The notes under the pieces were generated by a model that worked only from the letters and a program-made list of their open reading frames with translations, had not been told where the DNA came from and did not search any database. From Leptospira sp. (GTDB lineage: Bacteria > Spirochaetota > Leptospiria > Leptospirales > Leptospiraceae): DNA of 64,000 nucleotides. Shown piece after piece: positions 11,546-20,190 of the stretch (its first letter is position 1; the number at the start of each line of letters is the position of its first letter). Location of the stretch: the NCBI GenBank assembly GCA_034439575.1, contig JAWXAQ010000015.1, forward strand, positions 1 to 64,000, read 5' to 3'. The position numbers and the translations under genes are program-made.

Positions 11546-11779
11546 TTACCCCTTTTTTAGTGCGAGATACCCAGACGCTACAAGACCAATTAGGCTTGCA
11601 GGGGTTAGCTGGATCTCGACCTTAACTATGTAAAGCTCCAAAGCAACTGGTGAGGTGAACAAAAATCTGGAAAGATAAGTGGTTCCAAGAAGCCGATCTA
11701 AAACGACTCCCGCCACAGCTCCCGCCATAAGTCCCAAAAAAAGCACCAAAAGAAGGTTCCCAATCTGGGATTTGTTCAT
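11546..11779 (-). CDS. Small 2-TM membrane protein (DUF4321-like), first gene of the rpsB operon
   Basis: MNKSQIGNLLLVLFLGLMAGAVAG... two hydrophobic segments; stop 3 nt before the rpsB ATG. Confidence 0.7.
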   Translation of the reverse strand: MNKSQIGNLLLVLFLGLMAGAVAGVVLDRLLGTTYLSRFLFTSPVALELYIVKVEIQLTPASLIGLVASGYLALKKG

Positions 11780-11879
11780 CAAACAAGCACCTTTGCTAAG
11801 CTTCTTAACCAGAATTTTGCTTCTTAACGGCTTGTCAAGGGGAATGGGACGCAAGTTTTCTGGATTCGTCTTTAGCCTT

Positions 11880-11953
11880 ATGGCGCCTTATCCGGCTATC
11901 CGCTCCAATCTTTCGCCTCTGCGAAAGGATTTCCGCTACTATCCGGGGCGTGG
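11880..11953 (+). repeat. Structured intergenic repeat copy 1 (Flavo-1 RNA motif-like)
   Basis: 68/74 nt identical to 23181-23254; CTTTCGC-N4-GCGAAAG hairpin flanked by two TCCGCT units. Confidence 0.85.
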
Positions 11954-12271
11954 GGGGATTTTGAAAAAAGATGATTTTTGTTTATTATCTATTTATTTAT
12001 CACATAGCTTTCACATAAACTTTTTAAAAGAGAAATTGACGAAAAAATTCTACACTCATAAAAAGGAAAATAGAGTTAGACCGCCTAACTTAAAATAGCA
12101 ATTTAGAATGAACCTAAATGATTATAAGTTAAATTATTTTGATTTATTCTTGCCTCGCATGGAATCAGCGCTATAGTTTCCGCTCTTTCTAAAAAAAATA
12201 ATAGATTCGGTCTAAGAAAATTTCAATTTAGTAGATGTATTTAATTTTATCTCATACACTTTAAATGAAGC

Positions 12272-15200
12272 ATGATTTTCGAACATTTAAAACAATCTCA
12301 TATCCAAATTATAAGTTCCTCCGAATCTCGCGCTGATCTTTTTAATCGGGCAATAGATGCGATTGAAGAAGAAACAATTCGAATTTTCATTAGAGAATGT
12401 ATAACACCAAACTTTACACTTCCTTATGGTTCACTAGAAGATGGCATATTAGTTCCCCATTTAATTGTACCTGACCTCAAAGTGCCCGAACTGATACTTT
12501 ATATCCTTCCCAATGGTATCCAGGGAGAAAAAGAAAAAATACATATATTTTTGTTACTTTTGATTCCAGATAAAAATCCTGCATTACAGTTAAGATTGTT
12601 GCAAGGTTTGTCTTCCTTACTACCACAAGTTCAAGATGATTTAATCAATTGTAAATCAGAAGAAGACGTAATTACCATTATACGAACGGGTGAAGAGAAA
12701 GCAAAACCTAGTTACAAAAATCTAAAACCAAATCAATTCGCATTTGAACTTCAAACTGATTTTGTCAATGGATTAACTGAGAACGAAGCGAAAAAGAGAT
12801 TTGATCACTTTGGACCAAATCAATTGGAAAGTCACGGGGCTATTCCTTTTTATTATAAGTTAATTAAGAATTTTTTTAGTTTCTTTGCCATCCTTTTATG
12901 GATAGCCGCTATATTGTGCTTCATCCCTGGCGTAAATATGCCTCAGCTAGGTTATGCGATCATTATTGTAGTCATTTTAAATGGTTTTTTCTCCTTTTTA
13001 CAAGAATCTCGCTCGGACAAGGCCGTTGAAGCACTTAGGCGACTAATGGCACATAGGTGTCGAGTGATCCGAGAAGGAAAAGAAAAAGAAATATTGGCTA
13101 CAGAATTAGTAGCTGGCGACTTAATCGTATTACAAGAAGGTGATGTAGTACCAGCTGATTGTAGACTGATTGAATCATCGGATGTAGAGATTGATAACTC
13201 TTCTCTCACTGGTGAATCGACATCCTCAAAAAGATATAAATCAGATAAGGAAATTTTATTAGAAGGGAAGTTTTTATGGCTTGAGATGCCAAATATTCTT
13301 TTTGCCGGCACTTCGCTTATCAAAGGTCAGTCGAAGGCTATCGTATTTGGAACTGGTATGAATTCTGAAATAGGGCAAATTGCTCTGCTGACTTCTGAAA
13401 TTAAAGTGGAAGCGAGTCCTTTGCAAAAACAATTACAATCGACTGTTTTCGCAATTTCCATGTTAGCCCTAAGTATCGCCGTTACTTTCTTATTTATAGG
13501 ATGGTTTGGTGCAGGCTTAACCTTTATCCAAGCATTTATTTTTTGTATCGGAATATTTGTCGCAAATGTGCCTGAAGGCCTTTTACCAACCGTTACTTTA
13601 TCACTTGCTATGGGTGTTTCCCGAATGGCAAAATCAAATGCCATAGTAAAAGATCTCTCTAGCGTAGAGACGCTTGGATGTACAACTGTTATCTGTTCAG
13701 ATAAAACAGGAACGCTGACACAAAATATGATGATGGTTGTAGGAATTTTTTCATCCAATGAATGGATCGAGTCAAGTGGCGAAGGTTATTCTTCGAAAGG
13801 AAAATTCTTCAAAGATCAACAGGAAATTCAAGTTAGCGAATTAACAAAGGAAGAAACAAGAGCACGATTGTTAGCTTGTGCTATCCTTTGTAATAATGCC
13901 AAATTAGAAGACACAGACAAAGGAATAAAAGTAATAGGAGATCCGACAGAAGGTGCGCTATTAGTTCTTGCAAACAGAGCTGATGTCAAAGTGGATCATC
14001 CAAGAGTTCATTTAAATCCTTTTGAATCAGTGAGAAAGAGGATGAGCGTAGTTGTAAAAGATTCTGAAAATAAACTTATATGTTATGCGAAAGGTGCTCA
14101 TGATGAATTATTATCAGTCTGCAGTCATTATCTTGAAAATGGAGAGATCAAAGCAATTGATGACTCGGCTCGCATCAAAATTACTGCGTCTGCCAATGTT
14201 TATGCGACCAAAGGATATAGAATCCTTGGATTTGCCTTCCGAGAAATGGATTCGCAAAAAAGTAGTCTGATGGAATTTACTCCTGAAAATACAGAGACAA
14301 ATCTCATTTATCTAGGTTTGACGGCGATGGCAGATCCGATCCGCCCAACTGTCCCGAAAGCCATTCATGATTGTCATACAGCGGGCATTCGAATATTGAT
14401 GGTCACGGGAGATCATCCACTAACAGCACATAGTATCGCGAAACAAATAGGTTTAGGAAAAAACGAAGATACGACTCGGATTGTAACTGGAAATCAAATC
14501 GATTTACTTTCGGAGATTGATTTAAGAAATATTGTAAAAGAGGGAGAACCAATTTTCGCACGAGTGTCTCCTGAACAAAAATTAAGAATCGTTTCCGCCT
14601 TAAAAGACTTAGGTGAAGTGGTAGCAGTGACAGGTGATGGTGTCAATGATGGGCCTGCACTTAAAAAAGCAGACATAGGAATCGCTATGGGACTCAGAGG
14701 CACCGATGTAGCGAAAGAAGCCTCCAGAATGATACTAACAGATGATAATTTTTCATCAATTGTCTCAGCGATTGAAGAAGGCAGAGCTGTATTTGAAAAT
14801 ATAAGAAGGTTTTCTGCTTACGTATTAAATTCCAATCCTCAAGAATTGCTTCCCTTTCTATTATGGGCACTATTTCCTGGATTCCCGCTACTAATGACTG
14901 TTATGGGAGTCTTGGCTGTGGATGTCGGGACAGATTTAGTGCCGGCTATGGGTCTCGGTGTAGAAGCCCCAGAAAAAGGAATTATGGAAAGACCTCCACG
15001 CAAAAAAGGAGAAAAGTTATTATCCATAGGATTTATTTTACGATCTTACTTAGTTCAAGGTTCAATCTTGTGTTTTTCCTGTTTCGCTACATGGTATTAT
15101 TTTGTTTTAACAGTAGCAGGTGGTGTGATTCCAAAATCCCCTGAAGGACTAGATATGAGTCAAGCTGATGATTTATACTTACAATCGCTTACTGCATTTT

Positions 15201-15586
15201 TCGTTCCTACGATTGCAGTTCAAATAGCGAATGTTATATCGAAAAGATCCTGGAAGCAGTCCATCTTTTCAAAAAACTTTTTACAAAAACATACACAAGT
15301 CTCACTCATAGACAAAGTTACATTTCCCCCTTTAAGGTATCTACTTACAAAAGTTCCTTTAATAATGAATCTTCTTTCCAATAAATTAGTATTAGTTGGA
15401 ATATTATTTGAATTATTATTGGCATATCTATTTATCTATACAGATTTAAGTGAACTATATTATTTCAAACCTGTGCCATGGGATGTGTATTTATTTGCAC
15501 TTCATGGCACCGTCTTACTTTTAATTTTCGAAGAGACAAAAAAATACTTTCGAAGGAAAGGAAAAAATCTAGAATTTCTGGGTTAA
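12272..15586 (+). CDS. Cation-transporting P-type ATPase (P2, Na/K-ATPase-like TM motifs) with N-terminal PTS EIIA-like domain
   Basis: LTGES, VANVPEGL, CSDKTGTLT, TGD, GDGVNDGPALKKADIG; N-terminal ~140 aa with GILVPH. Confidence 0.92.
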   Translation: MIFEHLKQSHIQIISSSESRADLFNRAIDAIEEETIRIFIRECITPNFTLPYGSLEDGILVPHLIVPDLKVPELILYILPNGIQGEKEKIHIFLLLLIPDKNPALQLRLLQGLSSLLPQVQDDLINCKSEEDVITIIRTGEEKAKPSYKNLKPNQFAFELQTDFVNGLTENEAKKRFDHFGPNQLESHGAIPFYYKLIKNFFSFFAILLWIAAILCFIPGVNMPQLGYAIIIVVILNGFFSFLQESRSDKAVEALRRLMAHRCRVIREGKEKEILATELVAGDLIVLQEGDVVPADCRLIESSDVEIDNSSLTGESTSSKRYKSDKEILLEGKFLWLEMPNILFAGTSLIKGQSKAIVFGTGMNSEIGQIALLTSEIKVEASPLQKQLQSTVFAISMLALSIAVTFLFIGWFGAGLTFIQAFIFCIGIFVANVPEGLLPTVTLSLAMGVSRMAKSNAIVKDLSSVETLGCTTVICSDKTGTLTQNMMMVVGIFSSNEWIESSGEGYSSKGKFFKDQQEIQVSELTKEETRARLLACAILCNNAKLEDTDKGIKVIGDPTEGALLVLANRADVKVDHPRVHLNPFESVRKRMSVVVKDSENKLICYAKGAHDELLSVCSHYLENGEIKAIDDSARIKITASANVYATKGYRILGFAFREMDSQKSSLMEFTPENTETNLIYLGLTAMADPIRPTVPKAIHDCHTAGIRILMVTGDHPLTAHSIAKQIGLGKNEDTTRIVTGNQIDLLSEIDLRNIVKEGEPIFARVSPEQKLRIVSALKDLGEVVAVTGDGVNDGPALKKADIGIAMGLRGTDVAKEASRMILTDDNFSSIVSAIEEGRAVFENIRRFSAYVLNSNPQELLPFLLWALFPGFPLLMTVMGVLAVDVGTDLVPAMGLGVEAPEKGIMERPPRKKGEKLLSIGFILRSYLVQGSILCFSCFATWYYFVLTVAGGVIPKSPEGLDMSQADDLYLQSLTAFFVPTIAVQIANVISKRSWKQSIFSKNFLQKHTQVSLIDKVTFPPLRYLLTKVPLIMNLLSNKLVLVGILFELLLAYLFIYTDLSELYYFKPVPWDVYLFALHGTVLLLIFEETKKYFRRKGKNLEFLG

Positions 15587-15668
15587 AACTTTTTATAGCT
15601 AGAATCATTCTATGTAAGTAAATCAAACTACATGCAGTATTCTTTTATCTTATTTCGTCGACTAAAGT

Positions 15669-16067
15669 ATGAGATTGATATTTCTAATTATAGGAACCAT
15701 CGGCTTACTTCTCCAATGTGATATTGACACATCTTCGGAAGATAAAAAAGAAAAAGAAGAGTCAGAATTGAGACGAGCACTCCTTGCTATAGCTCAACAG
15801 GCACAAACTATACCTGATTGCCAAAAGAATTCGACGGCCACAGTTTACTTTATTAATGAGAGTAACTCCTCTCGTACTTATGATATTATATGGGATGGAG
15901 TCAATTATGCTACAGTCAGTCCAAATGCAAAAAGTGCCACTTTCACTGTCGCCTCTGGTTCACATTCGCTCCTATTTCGTTTCACAAATACGACCACTCA
16001 AGCATGTAGTCCTTCTACGCCAAACATAGCGATATGTTCCAATATGTATTACAGCTGTTCGGGTTGA
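15669..16067 (+). CDS. Hypothetical lipoprotein
   Basis: Lipobox-like LLLQC; small beta-rich domain with Cys residues. Confidence 0.75.
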   Translation: MRLIFLIIGTIGLLLQCDIDTSSEDKKEKEESELRRALLAIAQQAQTIPDCQKNSTATVYFINESNSSRTYDIIWDGVNYATVSPNAKSATFTVASGSHSLLFRFTNTTTQACSPSTPNIAICSNMYYSCSG

Positions 16068-16362
16068 CTTAGCAATAAGTTTTGTATTGTGTATTACATG
16101 ATCTGACAAATATTTCTCAAGAGACAAACAATTGTTAATATGTACAGATTTTTTAAAAGTATCATTGATAGAGATGAAAATGATACTGCATTCAGAATCA
16201 TTTGAGAAAACTTAAGACCAAGCTTTTAAAGAAAAAGAATTGGTCCTAAGTTGCAGATTGAGTTTATATTTAATTCCTTAGAATCTTGTTCCCACTAAAT
16301 TACGTTTGGTGCCAGCTGTGACATCGGCTTGGAGAGCTGTCCATTCCGCATCGGTTTCCATA

Positions 16363-16770
16363 TCAATTTTTATATTTTGGTACCAATGAGAAACAAATTA
16401 TCGATAAAATAATTGTTACCGGAGTAGCTAGTAAAGTTTCTAAATTAGTGAAAGCTATTAGATTCCCAATGGAATTGAGCAAAAAAATAATTCCTATAAA
16501 ACCAAACAAAAGGCGGATCCAAATTGGCACCAAATCTTTGTTTAAGTATTGTAAATAACGAAAACATGACCAAAGAAAAAATCCATTTACTACAAGGGAA
16601 ACTGTTTCCATTACATACATCTCGTCTAAACTATTTAGCCTTCCGCCCCATAGGTATTTGTAAGGAATAAATTGTAAAAGAGCAACTATATGAAAAATCA
16701 TTGTTAATGAAAACAAAATAGTTAAGATTTTAATTGCGATGATTCTGGTTTTTTTGGATGGATTCCACAT
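16363..16770 (-). CDS. Hypothetical 4-TM membrane protein
   Basis: Hydrophobic; IPYKYLWGGRL motif. Confidence 0.75.
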   Translation of the reverse strand: MWNPSKKTRIIAIKILTILFSLTMIFHIVALLQFIPYKYLWGGRLNSLDEMYVMETVSLVVNGFFLWSCFRYLQYLNKDLVPIWIRLLFGFIGIIFLLNSIGNLIAFTNLETLLATPVTIILSIICFSLVPKYKN

Positions 16771-16890
16771 TTTATTTTCCTAATGTTTGCTTGATCTCGT
16801 AAAGATCTCTTACCAATGTCAAATATGGTAATAATTTTTTTAAATCCCAAGTATTTTTATCTAATCAAAAACCATTCCCTCGTTGTTTTT

Positions 16891-19800
16891 TCAATACAAT
16901 TTTAACACAAGAAAATTATCTGATTCCCTCATATATATAAGTATATCATTATATAGCATTTTACCTCCACCTCTTCGGTAACGATTTTCCTTTCTTTCAA
17001 ATGAAATGGAATGACCATTCAATTCTATGAAGGCAAGAGTCGCATTTTCGTTTACTATTTGATAGGTGAGTCTTACAGTTTTGTCAAAAATTTGGATCAA
17101 TATTTCTGTTCCATGAAGCCCTAAAGGAAGAATGGGATCAAATTCTATTCCATCTTTATATTGCCGAATTCCTAATAAACTTTCATAGAATAACTTAATA
17201 AAAATGCCTGGCCCACTAGAATAAACTCGCCAGCCTCCCTCCAAGTCCACGTTTCCATCAAGCAAATCTTGATAACGAGTGAATGCCTCTTCTCGATCCA
17301 AAAATTGTCCATCAGAGCTCGTATAATAACAATTAGATTGCCGCACTTTCGCAGATGGAATTCGTTTTTGAATTCCTATCGGATTGATTTTACTTAGCTC
17401 AAAAAGTAGTTCTTTTGATTTCCCCAAGTGGCCCAAAGCTTCGCAATACCTTAAGTGGGCATGAGTATACATCAGTCCAATTTCTCTTCCAAAGTAACTT
17501 GCAGTTTCTGCTCGTCGGAAGTAATTGCTAAATCCCTTATTGTATTTTATAGGAATGTCAAACAATCGCACTCCATCTGGGCCCGTTAGTTTGTCTTTTA
17601 TGATTTTTAAATGATGTTCTACTTCGATTGGATCTAAAATTTCAGATAAAATCCCATAGATCATAGGAATCAAACTATATTTTACACCAGTTTGCGTATC
17701 GCTCGGATGTAATAAAAATGGATGGGTACACCCTTCTTTGAAATTTCGTATCCCTGCGAGAACTCCCCCTTCCATACATAGTTCTTTTATGTTTTGGAGT
17801 AGTTTATTTTTTTCATTTTCAACTTGAATTTGAAGATTTGATTTCTCTAAAATTTTATAGAGTTTAAATAGAGCAGTATATGTCATAAAAGATAATTCTG
17901 CATTCCAGGTACTCACGGCATGATTTCGAAATTCATCGTTTAGCGGTTGTAATGAATCATTCCAATCCCCATTCCCATATTTAGGCAAGACAGTTCCTTT
18001 TATAAAATTGGTTCGCCAATGTGAATGCGCTTGTTCAACGGCAGAAAGAATCGTCCTTTCCTGCTTTCTATTTTTGCTTTTTGTGGTGATCATTAAAATA
18101 TCTAAATCATTCGTCCTTTCGATATACGTAGTAAGAGAAAGTATGGGCCAATAAATGATATCTGCGTGAGAATCACTTGCACGAATTTCTTTGTCACGAG
18201 GATACAACATAAACCACTGAGGCCAATCTCCGTCTTCGTTTTGTTCTTCGAAGACCCGCAGAAGTAAGTCTCTGCAAATCATCCAATCACCTTGTGCAAT
18301 CAAATATTCAAAGGCACCTTGGCATACATCTCTTGTTCCCCAGCCACCACCTGAATACTGCTCAAGTCCCCTTGGATTTAAAAAATGAATTTCTGCATTT
18401 TGTAAAAACCAAGGTAAAATTTCTTCGAGCGCTGAGATATTTTGCAACTCTATATTTGATTTTTTCCCATTGAAATGCAGTGAGCCAATTTGAATTGGCG
18501 GACTAATACGATTAGGTGGTTCATCTGAGTGAACTTCTAAATCTCCAGATATTTGAAATTTTAAACTGGATGGGACACGAACAAGAGCTGTAAAATAAGG
18601 CAATCCACGAGATTTCATATCCAAAAACAAATTTCTATCATCAGAAATTTTCCATTCAGAAATAGTATCACTTTTGATTTTAAATCCACTTCCGTTTAAT
18701 CTATGATAAAGCAAAAATTTGGCATTTGGTCTAATATGAATGTAAGATGCTTTTCTTTCAATGTTAGGTGATTCCTCCGATATCCCATTGTCTCCATCAA
18801 GTGCAATGTGAAATGAAAGCAAAAAATCGCGATCCTCTCCTTTTATAATATTGAGTTCAAAATTAATTTCGTTTGATTCGGTAGATTCAATTTTGATTTT
18901 GAGAATTAAAGATTTCCAAACATAAACCCATTCAAATGAATTAAGTCGCATAACTCCAAATGTAGGAGTATCTAAAAGATTCCAATTTTCGGACTCACGA
19001 ATAAAAATACGAAAACCTTGGGATAAAAATTGTCCAGTGTATGTGGAATTTCTTGAAATAAATGTATTAAGACTTGTATGACCTTGCGTCAATTGGGATA
19101 AAAAGATTCCACTCAAATAGGAAGTAGCAGTAAGAGATGACTCTGAAAGAATATTTTTTCTTCCGGTTCGTAAAATCTGTCCATGAGGTCTCAGACATAA
19201 AAACTCCTTTTCTTGTAAGACGACATGGGTTGCCTGATTCGTAAAAAAAGAAAAAACATGTCCATCTAATCCTTGTTCTACTTCTCTCCATTCATCTGGG
19301 AAAAATTGCTGAAGTTGGTCTTCTGAAATTTTCTCACCTTTGATTCTCTTTACGTTTGAAAATAAACTGGGAACAGGAAAGATTCCTTTCTGGATCGAAA
19401 TCGGAAATAAAGATTGATGGGAACTGATATCGCGAATTACATTTAAGCTATTTGGAAAAATTTCTAAATCTTTGAGATCCTCCCATAGATATCCAAAAAA
19501 TTGAGTTTCATATATTTCATTCAGCTTTAGTACGACGATTTCTCCTCCGAGTCCAATTACCGAATGTTCGCCTTGCTTTCGTTTGGAGGGAAATTCTTTT
19601 AAGTTACGATTTTCAAATATATCTAAAGCATCAGTGGCAAAGGACGTGACTGGTTTGTTGCTAAACAATAGACAAGCTGGATGATAGCCAGATACGGGTT
19701 CGTTTTGCCTGCTGAGAATCAAATAACCATTTTCTTTTGTCTCTAAAATTTCATGGTGAATATAATGACTAACAAAGAATTCATTCAGTCGAGAAGATTG

Positions 19801-20190
19801 GTAATCACAAAGACCTAAGTCCTGAGTATAGACAAATTGAAACCGAGCTGATTGGTTTGACAAATTTTTAATTTGAATGGAGTAACTCCAGCTTAACAAA
19901 ACTGGATGAAGGGAAAAAATAAATTGGTAATGAAGAGAATCAACAATACCTTCGCCCAAATATTTTGATTCGGAGATTTCAAATTTAGTATTTGCATTTG
20001 GACCAAACAAAGGATAAATAGTTTCGCCAAACTCTGAAAATACGCGAAGGTAAAAATTTGCGATACTCGCCTCTAATTCATTTCCTATATATAAGTTTAC
20101 GAGAATATGTTTAATTTTGATTGAGTAAAGGCTACCGTTTGAAGTGAAATTAAACTCCAAACCAGATTCATTTCGCATAACATATTTCAT
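16891..20190 (-). CDS. GH94 glycoside phosphorylase, 1,2-beta-oligoglucan phosphorylase (SOGP)-like
   Basis: GLEQYSGGGWGTRDVCQG, GDWPQWFM, GDWNDSLQP (catalytic Asp motif), RAE...FGREIGLMYTHAHLRY, GWRVYSSGPG; 1099 aa. Confidence 0.85.
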   Translation of the reverse strand: MKYVMRNESGLEFNFTSNGSLYSIKIKHILVNLYIGNELEASIANFYLRVFSEFGETIYPLFGPNANTKFEISESKYLGEGIVDSLHYQFIFSLHPVLLSWSYSIQIKNLSNQSARFQFVYTQDLGLCDYQSSRLNEFFVSHYIHHEILETKENGYLILSRQNEPVSGYHPACLLFSNKPVTSFATDALDIFENRNLKEFPSKRKQGEHSVIGLGGEIVVLKLNEIYETQFFGYLWEDLKDLEIFPNSLNVIRDISSHQSLFPISIQKGIFPVPSLFSNVKRIKGEKISEDQLQQFFPDEWREVEQGLDGHVFSFFTNQATHVVLQEKEFLCLRPHGQILRTGRKNILSESSLTATSYLSGIFLSQLTQGHTSLNTFISRNSTYTGQFLSQGFRIFIRESENWNLLDTPTFGVMRLNSFEWVYVWKSLILKIKIESTESNEINFELNIIKGEDRDFLLSFHIALDGDNGISEESPNIERKASYIHIRPNAKFLLYHRLNGSGFKIKSDTISEWKISDDRNLFLDMKSRGLPYFTALVRVPSSLKFQISGDLEVHSDEPPNRISPPIQIGSLHFNGKKSNIELQNISALEEILPWFLQNAEIHFLNPRGLEQYSGGGWGTRDVCQGAFEYLIAQGDWMICRDLLLRVFEEQNEDGDWPQWFMLYPRDKEIRASDSHADIIYWPILSLTTYIERTNDLDILMITTKSKNRKQERTILSAVEQAHSHWRTNFIKGTVLPKYGNGDWNDSLQPLNDEFRNHAVSTWNAELSFMTYTALFKLYKILEKSNLQIQVENEKNKLLQNIKELCMEGGVLAGIRNFKEGCTHPFLLHPSDTQTGVKYSLIPMIYGILSEILDPIEVEHHLKIIKDKLTGPDGVRLFDIPIKYNKGFSNYFRRAETASYFGREIGLMYTHAHLRYCEALGHLGKSKELLFELSKINPIGIQKRIPSAKVRQSNCYYTSSDGQFLDREEAFTRYQDLLDGNVDLEGGWRVYSSGPGIFIKLFYESLLGIRQYKDGIEFDPILPLGLHGTEILIQIFDKTVRLTYQIVNENATLAFIELNGHSISFERKENRYRRGGGKMLYNDILIYMRESDNFLVLKLY

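Noticed and set aside
11780-11854. Longer start for the small membrane protein
   Set aside because: The extension covers the likely promoter region; ATG 11779 has an AAGGTG SD-like site
11679-12098. 139-aa ORF sharing MAPxPAIRxNLS..RKDFRYYPGRG with ORF 23181-23426
   Set aside because: The similarity is just translation through the DNA repeat; both ORFs overlap real genes
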